This document shows, piece by piece, positions 52,245-64,000 of a DNA stretch of 64,000 bases; positions within the stretch are counted from its first letter, which is position 1; every line of letters begins with the position of its first letter. A model generated the notes under the pieces. That model was not told the DNA's origin. It ran no database searches and saw nothing but the letters and a program-made list of their open reading frames with translations. Position numbers and translations under genes: made by a program. Source of the stretch: Vicugna vicugna (taxonomy: Eukaryota); the NCBI GenBank assembly GCA_013265495.1, contig MU058570.1, positions 186,001 through 250,000 of the forward strand, in the 5' to 3' direction.

Positions 52245-53076
52245 AAGAGTGGTGAGAGCAGATAGTCTTACTTTGTTTCTGGTCTTAGAGAGAAAGCAGT
52301 CTTTCGCCATTCAGTATAAGGTTAGCTGTAGAAATTTTTAAATGATCATTATCAAGTTGAGGAAGTTCCTTTCTGGTTTTTTGTTTTTGTTTTTGAGAGT
52401 TTTTATCATGAATGAATGTTAATTTCTGTGAAATACTTCTTCTGCATCTGTTGATATGACCATGTGATTTTTCTTTTTAGCCTGTCAATAGAGTAATTAC
52501 ATTGATTGATTTTCAGATATTGAACCAGACTTTCATCTCTGAAACAAAGCCCACTTGGTCATAGTGTATACTTTATATGTATATATAAAACTGAATTCTG
52601 TTTGCTAATATTTTGTTAAGTGTTCATGAGAGATACTGTTCTGTGGTTGGTGTTGTTTTAATACTGTCTTTTTCTGGCTTTGGTATCAGGGAAATACTAA
52701 CTTCTGAAAATGACTAGGGAAGGGTTCCCTCCTTTTTAATTTTCTCAAAGATGTGGTATAGAATTGGTGTTGATTCTTTCTTAAATGTTTGTAGAATTCT
52801 CTAGTAAAACCATCCTGGCCTGAACATTTCTTTTGTGAGTTTTAAAATTATAAATTCAGTTTCCTTTATAGTTACAGGACTATTTAAGTGATCTATTTTA
52901 TGTTGGATGAGTTGTAGGACTTTGTGTTTTCAAAAAATTGGTCCATCTCTTGTAAGTTGTCAAATTAAAGTGTGTGGAGCTGTTCTTGTTCCTCCTTTGT
53001 CATCCTGCTGGGTCTGTAGTGATACACCTTGAAATTGGCTATTTGTGTTCTCACTCTCTCTTTTTTTTTTGATCAG

Positions 53077-53467
53077 TGTTTGTTATATCACTGAGTTAAC
53101 GGTGGCCCCTGCACATTGGCCCCACTGTGGTTTTCTTCTCTGCAACAAGCTGAGACATTAGTTCAAATCCCGCCAGCACCAGATTCAAATTCTTACATAC
53201 TCAGTTGCTTTAAACACGGCCCAAAGAAGCACATCATTATTTTTAGCCATTAAGCGACTGCCTGCTTTGAATACCTGGTGAAGCTGCATTTACCGTCTAC
53301 TCACCTTTGATCAGGCAAGCTTTGGGGCTGTCACAGACCTCCAGCAGATGCTGCCAAGCAACGTCACCTGGACACGTTAAGTCCCCTCAGAGGGGATGCT
53401 GGTGTGTGCCGTGACCGTCTCAAGGTCATGTCCTTTTCCTTGACCAGTCCCCACATCCTTCAGCTCA
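53077..53467. mobile_element. Probable solo LTR inserted in L1
   Basis: A non-L1 block of ~390 bp with TG...CA ends interrupts otherwise contiguous L1 sequence. Putative TSD tcag/ccag. Confidence 0.45.
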
Positions 53468-54664
53468 CCAGTTTTGCTAGAGGTTTGTCAATTTTATTGA
53501 TCTTTTCAGGGAATCAGCTTTGTTTTTCTGTTTTCAGTTTCATTGATTTCTGCTCTTGGTTTCCTTCTTTCTGCTTGTTTTATGTTTATTTTGCTCTTCC
53601 TTTGCTAGGTTTTGAGGAGCTTCAATAATTAATTGATACTTTTCCTCCTTTCTAATATATTCATGTAGTCATGTAGTGCTCTGAATTGTCCTTTCAGCAC
53701 TGCTTTAGTTGTAACCCACAAATCTTGGTAAGTTATATTTTCATTTCCATTCAGCTCAGTGTATTTTTCGATTTCCCAGGAGACTTCCTTTTTAAATCAT
53801 GGGTTGTTTAGAAGTGTCCTGGTTAGTATCTGAGTAGTTGGAGATTTTCCTATTGTCTTTATGTTATTGATTTCTAGCTTGATGCCATTGTGGTTGAGAA
53901 CACATTCTTTGTGATTTCAATCATTTTAAATTTGTTAAAGTTTATTTTATGGCCCAGGGTGTGGTCTATCTTGATATACGTTCCATAGGACCTTGAAAAT
54001 ATGTGCCCTGCTCTTGTTGGGCAGAGTGTTCTATAAATGTTGACTCGAACCTGTTGGTTGACTGTGCTGAATTCTTCTGTATCTTGGCTGATTTCTGTCT
54101 ACTTGTTCTGTCAGTTGTTGAAAGAGGGGTGTTGACATTTGCAGCCATAATCGTGAGCTTGTCTGTTTCTCCTTTCAGTTTTGTCAAGTTTTAATTTGAC
54201 TTATTTTATAGCTCCATTTTTTTGGTGCACACATTGAGGATTCCTATGTCTTATTGGGGGATTTACCCTTTTATCATTATATAGTGACCCTCTCTGTCTC
54301 TGATCATTTTCTTTGCCCTACAGCCTGCTTTGTCTGTTAACGATAATGATTGACTTTGATTAAAATTTGCATGATATTATTTTTTTCCATTCTTTCATTT
54401 TCAACCTGCCTGAAATCATAATTGAAGTGAGTTTCTTGGAGGCAGCATGTAGTCAGGTCATGTTTTTCGATCTAACCTGCCAATCTTGTCTTTTAATTGG
54501 TATATTTATATGGTTTATGTTTAATGTAAGTATTGATCTATTAAATTTGTTTTTCCATTTTATATTTTTACTTTCTATTCTGTTTTTTTATTTCCCTCTT
54601 TTTCGAGTCTTTCTGTGGTTTATAAGAATATTTTTTAGAATTCCATTTGATTTACCTGTTTTTT

Positions 54665-55005
54665 TTTAATTGAAGTACAGTCAGTTACAATGTGTCAATT
54701 TCTGGTGTACAACCCTTGTCCCAGGCATGCATATACATACATACATTAATTTTCATATTCTTTTTCATTACAAGATATTGAATATAGTTCCCTGTGCTAT
54801 ACAGAAGAAACTTGGTTTTTTAAATTTTTTTTATATATAGTGGCTAACATTTGTAAATCTCAAACTCCCAAATTTCTCCCTTCCCACACTCCTTCCCCCA
54901 TAACCATAAGATTGTTTACTAAGTCTGTGATCTGTTTCTGTTTTCTGGATGAGTTCATTAGCGTCCTCTTCTTTTTCTAGTTCCACATATGCATGATACC
55001 AAATG
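54665..55005 (-). mobile_element. L1 3' UTR insertion
   Basis: gatttacctgttttt flanks both sides (TSD). Confidence 0.88.
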
Positions 55006-55176
55006 GATTTACCTGTTTTTGAGTATAACCTGTTTCCCTAATGTTCTGGGGTCTTGTCTCTTCGCATAGCTGTTTTAGTGGTTGCTCTGGGTATTAGACT
55101 ATATATACATATCACAGTCTACTGGTATCATCATTTTACCAGTTTGAGTGAAATATAAAACCCTTACCTCCATTGA

Positions 55177-55555
55177 CAGCCATGCCTTATGCTTCACAGA
55201 GACTGCATTTTTTACAAATTGAAGGCTCATGGCAACTCTACATTGAACAAGTCTGTTGGCACCATCTTTCCAACAGCATTTGCTCACTTCATGTCTCCAG
55301 GTCATGTTCTGGTAATCCTTGCAGCATTTTAAACTTTTTCATTATTATTATAGTTGTTATGGTGATCAGTGATCTTTAATATTACTATGGCAAAAAGATT
55401 ATGACTTGCTGAGGGTTCAGATGATGGCTTTTTTACCAATGAAGTATTTTTTAATTAAAGTATGTACATTGGTTTTTAAGACATAATGCTACTGCACACT
55501 TAGTAGACTACAATATAGTGTAAATGTAACATTTATGTGCACTGGGAAGCCAAAT
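55177..55555 (+). mobile_element. Internally deleted Tigger1-like DNA transposon
   Basis: Tigger1 5' motif (ttttttacaaattgaagg..aacaagtctgttggcaccat) is joined to its 3' motif (gacataatgctactgcacacttagtagactac). Confidence 0.75.
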
Positions 55556-55799
55556 CCAATCCTCCATGTTACTTAAACTCTCATATTTTATCTCTCTTCA
55601 ATTCTCTATTCTGCTTCCTTGTAACTTTCTTCAGTCTCTATTCCAGTTCACTAATTTTCTCCTTAGTTTTGTTAATTCTGCTCTTTAACTCATTTATTGA
55701 CTTTTTAAAATTTATAATTCAATGAAATCTAAGATTCATAATGTCAGCATTTGTTAAAGGATGAGACAGATTTGTGAAATAGTCTCAGAGCACACGTTT

Positions 55800-55958
55800 T
55801 GCTTGTGGTGTTTGTGTTTTGTTTTGTTTTGTTTTTTAATAAGGAGGAGGTAGTTAGGTTTATTCATTAATTTCTGCTTGGAGGAGGTACTGGGGATTGA
55901 ACCCAGGAACTCTTGTGTGCTGAGCATAGGCTGTACCACTTGAGCTATACCCTTCCCC
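55800..55958 (-). mobile_element. tRNA-derived SINE
   Basis: ggggattgaacccagg..ccacttgagctataccc. Confidence 0.88.
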
Positions 55959-56636
55959 CATTTATTTTTAATGACTGCAATTTTTATTTCTAGACAGATT
56001 CTAGAAATCTACCTCTTTTTATATCATTTTATTCTTTTCTTACAGATTCAGTTCTCTTTTTTGGTATTAATCAGCTTGAGTATACTTTATCAGGTTCTTT
56101 TTTTTAATCAGATTCTTGAAAGTTTAATGTTTTGGGATTGCTGACTCATTCAAGCTGGATTGTTCCCTTGAGTGTTTTATAATTTTAGATTGTGAGCTCA
56201 TCTTCAGAGGAGCTAAAAGTGTGGGAATCCTATATACCTTGGGCTGAGGGTGTTTCTGTCCAGAGTGATCTGCATTTGCTTCTTCCAGGCATCCCATTAT
56301 TTTAAATTTCTTGACTTGAAGATTCATTTTCCACATGTTTTTTAAATTTGAACTTCAGACTCACATGATAAACCTTCAAAGTGGAATGTTTTTCTGCTGA
56401 GAGGCCAGGCAGAGTCAGAGAGGGCTCCTTGTCTTCCTGCACTGGGGAGAGGATTTTTCCCCAGCCTATCCTTTCACTTCCGGCTGAGCCCTGAAGAGAG
56501 TTCCAGTTCAGCTCACTACTCCTTCCTTCACATGGGCACATAAGAAACATTCCAATTTGTGTACACAAATTATTTTTTCTCTCAAGACTTACTTTTGCCT
56601 ACATAGTGACAGCATCTTCACCTGATTTTCATCTTT

Positions 56637-56979
56637 CATATATTGATTGACTGATTGAAGTATAGTCAGTTTACAATGTTCTGTTAATTTCTAGTGTACA
56701 GCACAATGCTTCAGTCATATAGGAACATACATACATTCATTTTCATATTTTCACTGTAAGTTACTGCAAGGCATTGAATCTAGTTCCCTGTGCTATACCA
56801 TATAAACTTGTTGTTTATTGAATTTTGTGAGACTCCTCCTGTACTTCAAAGTGAGAGACATTCTGCCACAGTTCAGTAGGTGTCTGTGTGATTCAGTGGG
56901 TTTGTAGATGTAATTCTTGGTGTATTCATGGGAGAGGGTGAGCTATGAGTCTCTCTACTCTGCCATCTTGGTTCAACCT
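56637..56979 (-). mobile_element. Bipartite L1 derivative (extreme 5' UTR fused to extreme 3' UTR)
   Basis: 15-bp TSD ctgattttcatcttt at 56622-56636 and 56980-56994. The minus strand starts ..aagatggcagagtag..agctcaccctctccc..acatctaca, then jumps to the L1 3' terminus. Confidence 0.8.
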
Positions 56980-57159
56980 CTGATTTTCATCTTTTTTATG
57001 CAATATATTGGGCTTTATTTCTTAAACAGAAGGGGATATGGAACCAGATTGAGAAATTCCAATATTTTCATTTTAACCTGACTGTCTTAACCATCTTCCC
57101 GTCAATTTCTTGGTTTGTAAATGCTTTTCAATGAAAATGATTAGACTTGGCATATTTTA

Positions 57160-57650
57160 TTTTATGTGTGTAGTAAAATGTACATTACATAAGATCTGCC
57201 ATTTTTACCCTTTTTAAGTCTACAGTTCAGTAGCATTAAGTACACTCACATTGCTGTACAACTGTTACCACCAACATCCATCTCCAGAACTTTTTCATCT
57301 TTTGTATCTACTGAATGCAAACTCTCCATTTCCTCTCCCCAATCCCCTCCCCAACAATCACCCTTCTACTTTCGGTCCCTATGAGTTTGATGACGCTGAG
57401 TACCTCATGTACTGGAAGTGGAATCTTCTGGTATTTGTCCTTCTGTGTCTCGCTTATTTCACTAAGCACAATTTTCTCAAAGTTTATCCATGTTGTAGCA
57501 TGTTCCAGAAAGTCCTTCCTTTTTAATGCTGAATAATATTCCAATGTATGTATATAATATATTTTGTTTATCCATTTATCCATCAATGGATATTTGAGTT
57601 GGTTCCATCTTTTGGCTACTGTGAATAATATTGTTATGAACACTGGTGGG
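57160..57650 (-). mobile_element. Old L1M 3' end
   Basis: Minus-strand ORF reads AKRWNQLKYP..KWINKIYYIHTLEYYSALK. Confidence 0.85.
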
Positions 57651-58237
57651 CTTGCTTTTAAAATGGGCAGTAGGAAGCATAAAACTGTTGCTATTTTTAA
57701 ATGCTGACAATTCTAATAGCACTATCCTTTAAGTTTAATTGCCTACAACCATTTGAAAGTCATGAGAGGTTGACGGCTTAATCTTGGCGTGATCATGAAT
57801 GTAGTTCTTAGGAAACAGGGCTGGCCCAGGCACCAGCAAAGAAATAGACTATTTGGGCTTAATTGGGGGAGGGAAGGAGCCAGGGCCAGCAGTGCTTGGT
57901 CTGGGTTGGACACAGGAGTGTGGAGGTGACACCTTCAGGGGTGCACACAAGGGAACCAGGAGTGTGGAGCAGGGCCTTCAGGGCCAGGGGATGAGTCTGG
58001 CAGCAGGGGATGAGCAGTGGTGGGTCAGGATCAAAGGGTGAGGGTGGGAGAGGGGGTGAGTGCTCTGCAGGGCCTGGACTGAGTAGAACAAGAGTTCTTT
58101 CCTAATAAAAAGCAAAAATGAATCTCCAGGACCGTGTGAGGCTCCTAATGCTACATCACTGTAATTTACAGACTCCATGGTGGAAAGCCTCTTTTTCTGG
58201 TTATGGAAAGTAGGATCCCAAATTAAATGTATTCCAA

Positions 58238-58400
58238 GTGGGGGAGGGTACAGCTCAAGTGATAGATCACATGCTTAGCATGCAGGAGGGCCTGGGTTCA
58301 GTCCCCAGTACCTCCTCTAAAAATAAGTAAATGAATAAACCTAATTGCCTCCCTCTCTGCCCCCCCTCAAAAATAAAATAATAAAAATAAATAAATAAAT
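58238..58400 (+). mobile_element. tRNA-derived SINE
   Basis: ggggagggtacagctcaagtgatag..gggttcagtccccagtacctcc. Confidence 0.88.
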
Positions 58401-58999
58401 TCCAATGTGAAAAGAAGAAATGAAGAGCTTTCTCTACACTGAATGAGACAGACTTCTCACGTGGAATACTGACCCCAGCTGGGCTTAAACCAGCCTTCCC
58501 ACAGGTCACAGATGAGGGGACAGAGGCAAGACCACAGAAGTCCACAAGTGTGGGGAAAACTGACACCTGTTTTTTTTTTTTTTTTAAAAACGAAGGCGAC
58601 TTCTCAAAGCCTCAAAGTCTACCAGGTTTTTTCTTTTGTACAGAAAACACTTGAAATTTCTGGAGACTTTTGCTTGCCATTGCGTGTGTGTATTTATTTA
58701 TTTTTTGAATAGTGTAGCAGAGAGACAGATTTTAGTCATTACAAGAACAGTTTTCAAACGTTCAGTATCAAAACAAATTGTCCCCAGTTTGAAATGGGAT
58801 TGAGCACGCAAGCCAGATACAGAAAAGGTGGGGAGGTAAGTCAATGTGTTTATTGCTGTTTTCACAAAATACCATTACCTCTTTTTTTTCTGTTATATTA
58901 GCAACTAAGATTTCATTAAATTTTTATGATTGTAACCTAAGAATAAATTCATAGCACCTGTTTTAAAGTTACTTTTCACAATCTCTTTTTGTCTTTCAG

Positions 59000-59079
59000 A
59001 TTTTTTGTTTAAATTCTTGGTTATTGGAATTGCAGGAACTGGCAAGTCTTGCTTGCTTACCAGATTATTGAAAAAAAAT
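59000..59079 (+). pseudogene. RAB4A: RAB4A-like exon 2 (P-loop), frameshifted, donor lost
   Basis: ctttcag|AT TTT TTG TTT AAA TTC TTG GTT ATT GGA ATT GCA GGA ACT GGC AAG TCT TGC TTG CTT -AC CAG ATT ATT GAA AAA AAA T|ggaagt. The exon is 80 nt, one base short at the His codon, and the donor reads GG instead of GT. Confidence 0.9.
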
Positions 59080-59755
59080 GGAAGTGACGCCATGTGGTCT
59101 GTATTCACACACGTCTCCTTCTGAGAGCACGCTCCTGCTCAGATTTGTTTACAGCTAGACTTATGAATAGTTTTTTCAGGAAAAAAATCATAGTTCAAAA
59201 ATATTTTTTAAATGATATTGAAAGTCTGTTATTAAACTTTTAGTAATCTGATTTTTATTTAGCATTTCAGCCTTATAGTGGTTCATAGTTCATTACACAG
59301 TGTACCATCTGTACATTTTCCAGATACTAAAATACAGTGGGATGATGTGGCATTTCATTTCCCAACAGGCTTGTTGTACATTTTGAATAAAGTAACATCT
59401 GTCCTCAGCAGCCTTGTATTGTCATTAAGGCAGTTGTAATCTTCAATTCTATTTTACGAGAAACAGAGGTTCAGAGAAGTGAGTGTGTACCTTTTGATGG
59501 TGACCTCATAATTGGTGAGACTCAAACCCAGACATTTTGACCAGAGAAAATAACTTGCAATTGACTCTTACTCTTTTGGTAAAGGAGGTTGAATTTTGTA
59601 TTCCAAACTATTGTAAAAGATGGTAGGTTTGAAAGGCCCTTAAAATAAGTAGTGCTTTTGTAATAATGGAAAAAATTGTGGAGAATGGCCTGTCTGTTCG
59701 GTAGTCAGATGAAGACACGGAAACAGAACTGATTTCATTTAATGAAATGCATCTC

Positions 59756-59905
59756 GGGGGGAGGGTGTAGCTCAAATGGTAGAGCACATGCTTAGCATTC
59801 ACAGGGTCCTGGGATCAATCACCAGTACCTCTTCCAAAAGTAAATAAAGAAGCAAACCCAACTACCTCTGCCCCACCCCCAAAATTTTTTTTAAATTTTT
59901 TAAAA
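59756..59905 (+). mobile_element. tRNA-derived SINE in the RAB4A-like intron
   Basis: A/B boxes; TSD aatgaa(a/g)tgcatct. Confidence 0.9.
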
Positions 59906-61314
59906 AATGAAGTGCATCTTAAAGATGTATGAGATACGTCAGGTGGTAGATAAAATGGGAAAAGAGGCAGCACGGGATGTCTTGGAAAGGAGCTTGAAGA
60001 ATAAAATTCTAGAAATGCATTTTGTTCATTCCGTTTTCATCAACCAAGAGCTTGTTGGAACCTCTATATAGTGACACGGACCCAGCATGGCTCAGTCACG
60101 GAGCCAGTCCTTACTGAATTGAACACGTCTTCACTCACCGGGTGGTCCAGGCTTCTTTGCCAGTTACCAAGGCTGTTCCTTGCTCCGTCTCAGAAGCGAG
60201 CATCCGGACGACAGTGGACCAGGCACCCAGCCTACTACTCTCCCTCTCCTCTGTGGGGAACTCCCCCTTGGTCGCCCTCCCTGTCCCTCCTCACCATCAC
60301 AGTAATGATGTCACAAGGTTTCACTTTATTTCTCATGTAGCCATGACCTAGTCAGGATGCCCTTGGCCTTTGGTTATGGCCCTTTGAAGGCTTTTACTCC
60401 AAGGTGTGCGCAGTGGCTCAGTCTAGCAGGATGTCCAGTTCTGCACTGTCCAGGCGTGAGACAGGCTGCTGGGGTCCCTGTTACCCTCCCCTACCCTCAT
60501 GCCCCCAGGCAGCAATAAACGTAGCTGTCAGGTGGCATCCCTGACTTCTGGTACAATTAAATTTTATCCTGCGGTTATAAAATATAAGCCAGCATAGTGG
60601 ACCATATGCCCACGATATTCATCACAGAAATCTTCTTCTATAGACGGCTTATTCCAGTTGAGTTTAGCAGGCTACTTACTTCACCCGCCTCCCCGCCCAT
60701 TCAAACAGTATTGATTTCTCCAGAGGATTCATTCCAGATTACCGCCACACAGTGCTAAAATTCAGGAAATCCCAGCAGCTGTAGTGTGCATAGAGTTTTT
60801 GTTTTTTGGGTTTGTTCTGTTTTTCACACTATCTTTTCCTCATTTCCCCTTAATCTTTGATGTCCATTAAGTTTCTTTCTTGGGCTTCAGTGCCTTTCCT
60901 TCCCTTTACTTTTATTTCTTTAGGAGATTTGGCTGAATACTTAAAACCATTACTGGCCAAGTTGCAGGTCTGCCCCTGGGCAGTGAGGCCTCCACGTGGT
61001 ACCCAGGCTTCCGTGCAGTGCAACCGCCATTCATAAGAACCTTAAAAAGTGAACAGGGAGACACCATCTCCTGTGGTGTGGCCTCCTCCAAGCCCCAGCT
61101 TTAAAATATATGGTTTGTTTAGGATTTTTGAGGAAAGCTTTTATTGTCTCTTTAAGAACAGGGATTGTATGTGCTCTCTTTAAAAGAACAAGTACTTGTT
61201 ATCATCTGACTGTTGGAGAAATGAATGGCTGAAGTAAATTGCATTTTCCATTGACTTAACTCTTGATTTTAATGTTACTCGTTTAAATCTGAGCCTATTT
61301 CCTTAATGTCCTAA

Positions 61315-61455
<141 letters not shown>

Positions 61456-62129
61456 TAGCTTTTTCTCTAAGTTAAGAAAAATATTTGAAAATCGGGTTTG
61501 AAATAATCAGTTATATTCTCTTAATATATATAGTCCTTCCCAACCCCCTCCCCTAGAGTTTAGCAGTTTTGCCTCCGGAAGCTTTAAGGCAAGCAGAAGT
61601 CAGTTTTTCTCCATGCAGCACTAAAAGCAAAATCACAAACAATTCTTCTCTGCATTTTACTTTAAAAGGAGAATTTTTTAAAACCTCTTTGGAAATTGGT
61701 TTTGTTTTACGTTAAAACATTCCACAAAATATTCTCTCTTCTCTCCTCAACACTTTCGTTGCACTACAGTCACCATCGATGTTTGGAATGATGGCCCCAG
61801 ATCACTGCAGATAAGGTTACATGTATAATATTCTGTAAGTACTAAAGCAAGAAAGTAGATTAATATTTTAGTTGTGCTTTTTGAACACATACCCAAAGTC
61901 AAGCAGAACAGATAGTCACAATTTCAAAATTCAGTTAAATAAAACTTAATCCCAGTGCAGGCATTTCATTTAAAGTCAGGTATATATTCTCTGCAGAAAG
62001 ATGAATAGCCCCAAAGGAAAGGCTTAAGGATGCTAATATTTTGGTTTCCCCAGTGAAATAGCCCAATCTCTGTCTAGCCATCTCACAGTAAAGCCTCCAG
62101 CCCACACATAAAGGGGTGTTTTTTTCTTA

Positions 62130-62880
62130 AGACTTTTGCATTCCTTGTTCTTGAATATAATTGATCAACCAAGGATCACCAGACACTTGAAGGAAGTTTC
62201 TAAAATAAAAGAAAGAGCCCAAAATAAAGAAAATAGAAACTTCCAGGGAATAGGAGAAAACAAAAACTACAAACGGGCAATCAAATAATATATTAAATAG
62301 AGTAATGATCTTCCAGAAAGTTAAACAACAAACTTGAGATGGGAAGGGGAAGAAACAACAAAGAATCATCCAGAATTAATTCAGGAGGTCCAGTGCCTGA
62401 CTAATTAGGCATTCCCGAAGAAGGAAGAACAGAGGAAATACTAAAAGAAACAAAGAAAATTTTCCACTGAAGGAATGAGATTCCACATTTATTGGCCCAC
62501 CTTACACCAAATGCAGATGAATGGGAGAAAGTCCAGACAGGGGTGTGCCATGCAAAATTTCAGAGCATCATGGATGAAGCGAAGATACAGAAAGACTCCA
62601 AGAGGCCAAAACAGTCACACATAAAGGATTAGGCATGGACTGTTCAACAGCAACATTTGGAAGCTAGAAGATAATTGAAGCAATGCCTTCAAAACTCAAC
62701 GTGAAAAAAATTTTTTCCAGCCTAAAATTGGAAACTTAGCCAAACTATCCATTAAGTGTGAGAAGATAAATCAGAATATCTTCAGTTTTGCGAGAATGGG
62801 GGAAAACAACGGTTCTCTCCCATGGATTCTTTCTTAGAAACTTCAGGAAGACACACCTCACCAACACAGGGGAGTAAGCC
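62130..62880 (+). mobile_element. Old L1M ORF1-region remnant
   Basis: A-rich sequence with ORF1-like phrases (aagctagaaga..gcaatgccttcaaaa, agccaaactatc). Confidence 0.55.
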
Positions 62881-63371
62881 AGAGAGGGAGAATGCAGCTG
62901 CCGGGACCGGCCCTGCCAGACGGGGAGACGGCAGGGGCAGGCGCCACAGGCTGGTGCCTCTCTGATGCTCTTTCTCTGGGAGCTGAAGCTAAAATAGAAA
63001 AGAATTGCCTCCTACTATATGTGGAAAAGACCTGCCCCCAGGGGCTCCCTAGGGGAGAGCTGACAGCCGGCCCCCCTCACCCCGCAGCTCTGCGGGCTCT
63101 TAAAGCCGTGCCCTCTGCGGTAGCATCTGTAAGGAGAAGGGGGACGCTTCGAGCCTGGGAAATTTAAGGACTAAAAAGTAAATTTAAAAATAGCTGCCCT
63201 TTTCAAAGTATCAAAATATAATGAGCAAATTCTGTTTGTTTTTTGTAAGTTCCACGGTTTTCTTTTCTCCCCAGAGGTAGGCACTGTTTGTTTCTTTGGT
63301 GCCTATTTTTGTTTCTTTCTTTCTTTTGTTTTGTTTTGTTTTGTTTTAACTTTTTGTTGAAGTATAGTTGA

Positions 63372-63710
63372 TGGTGGTGCCTCTTTTCTGACCCCAGGTG
63401 AGTGGCATTTTTCCACACCACTCTGTGACCAACAATTCACTTCGATTCTGACAGTACCCAGAGTTAGCACCAGACCCCACAGGTTCAGGGCTCAGTCCCC
63501 CAACTGTCCACCCTGCACACACCGGTCACTCTCGTGTCTGTCCAGCAGTCAGTGAATTCAGGGCTTCCACGGCCCTGCCCCCAGTCTCCCGAATTCACTG
63601 GAACAACTCACAGAGCTCAGGAAAGCACCATATTCAGTGTTACCAGTCTATTATAAAGGGGGCAAGTCAGAAATGGCCAAATGGAAGAGATGCAGAGGGC
63701 ACGGGTGTGG
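63372..63710. mobile_element. MER21-like LTR fragment
   Basis: cagagttagcaccagaccccacaggttcagggctcagtccc and ctcacagagctcaggaaagcac; assigned from memory. Confidence 0.55.
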
Positions 63711-64000
63711 GTCTCACTTGCCCCATTCCCAGTGCTCAGAAGTCACCTGCAGCTGGTGGCCGCTGTATTGGACAGTGCAGATCATAGAATGTCCCCGTCC
63801 TCTAAGGAATCCCATCAGTTGGTGCTGATCTCAGTGTTCGCCAGCACCACCTCTGAAATATGTCATCTGAACTGTCATCTGGGGGCTCCTTCTGGGAAGA
63901 CGCTTGTCCAGTGAGAGGGTGTCTGTCGCACATCTGGCCTGTGTTCAGAATGAGGGGCTCTGGCGAGAAGGCGGGCAGCCCTGCCGTTCTTGCCCAGGGC

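Larger units (their letters stand above)
47620..54640 (-). mobile_element. Long old L1M element(s) with nested younger insertions
   Basis: Continuous reverse-oriented L1 3' UTR and ORF2-like sequence extending to the endonuclease region (KLKGETDKLTIM..NTPLS..DR). Confidence 0.85.

Noticed and set aside
62880..63170. GC/CpG-richer patch as a promoter CpG island
   Set aside because: It is short, has only modest CpG density, sits next to old L1 sequence and has no associated first exon.

Overview
Mammalian genomic DNA, probably from a camelid (alpaca/llama/camel). That assignment is an inference from about ten tRNA-derived SINEs resembling the camelid Vic-1 family and from cetartiodactyl-type L1s. 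The window is repeat-rich (L1, SINE, MLT1/LTR16/ERV1/MER21-like LTRs, a decayed ERVL pol, L2, Tigger1) and has two assembly gaps. I found no intact protein-coding gene, and almost all ORF-track entries are spurious or L1 fragments. Two gene fossils lie on the + strand. (1) At ~17.9-47.6 kb is a heavily decayed, intron-containing dynein heavy-chain-like pseudogene. About 15 remnants follow the canonical order tail, linker, AAA1, AAA2, AAA3, AAA4, and each carries stops, frameshifts or destroyed motifs. (2) At ~59.0-61.5 kb are exons 2 and 3 of an unprocessed RAB4A copy with a frameshift, a dead splice donor and substitutions in conserved GTPase motifs; I see no exon 1 or CpG island upstream. 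Several retrotransposition oddities are also present: a TSD-flanked element made only of an L1 5' end plus an L1 3' end, SINE+L1 composites, and a near-identical tract shared by two L1 copies. All protein alignments were done by eye against remembered consensus sequences and need computational confirmation.
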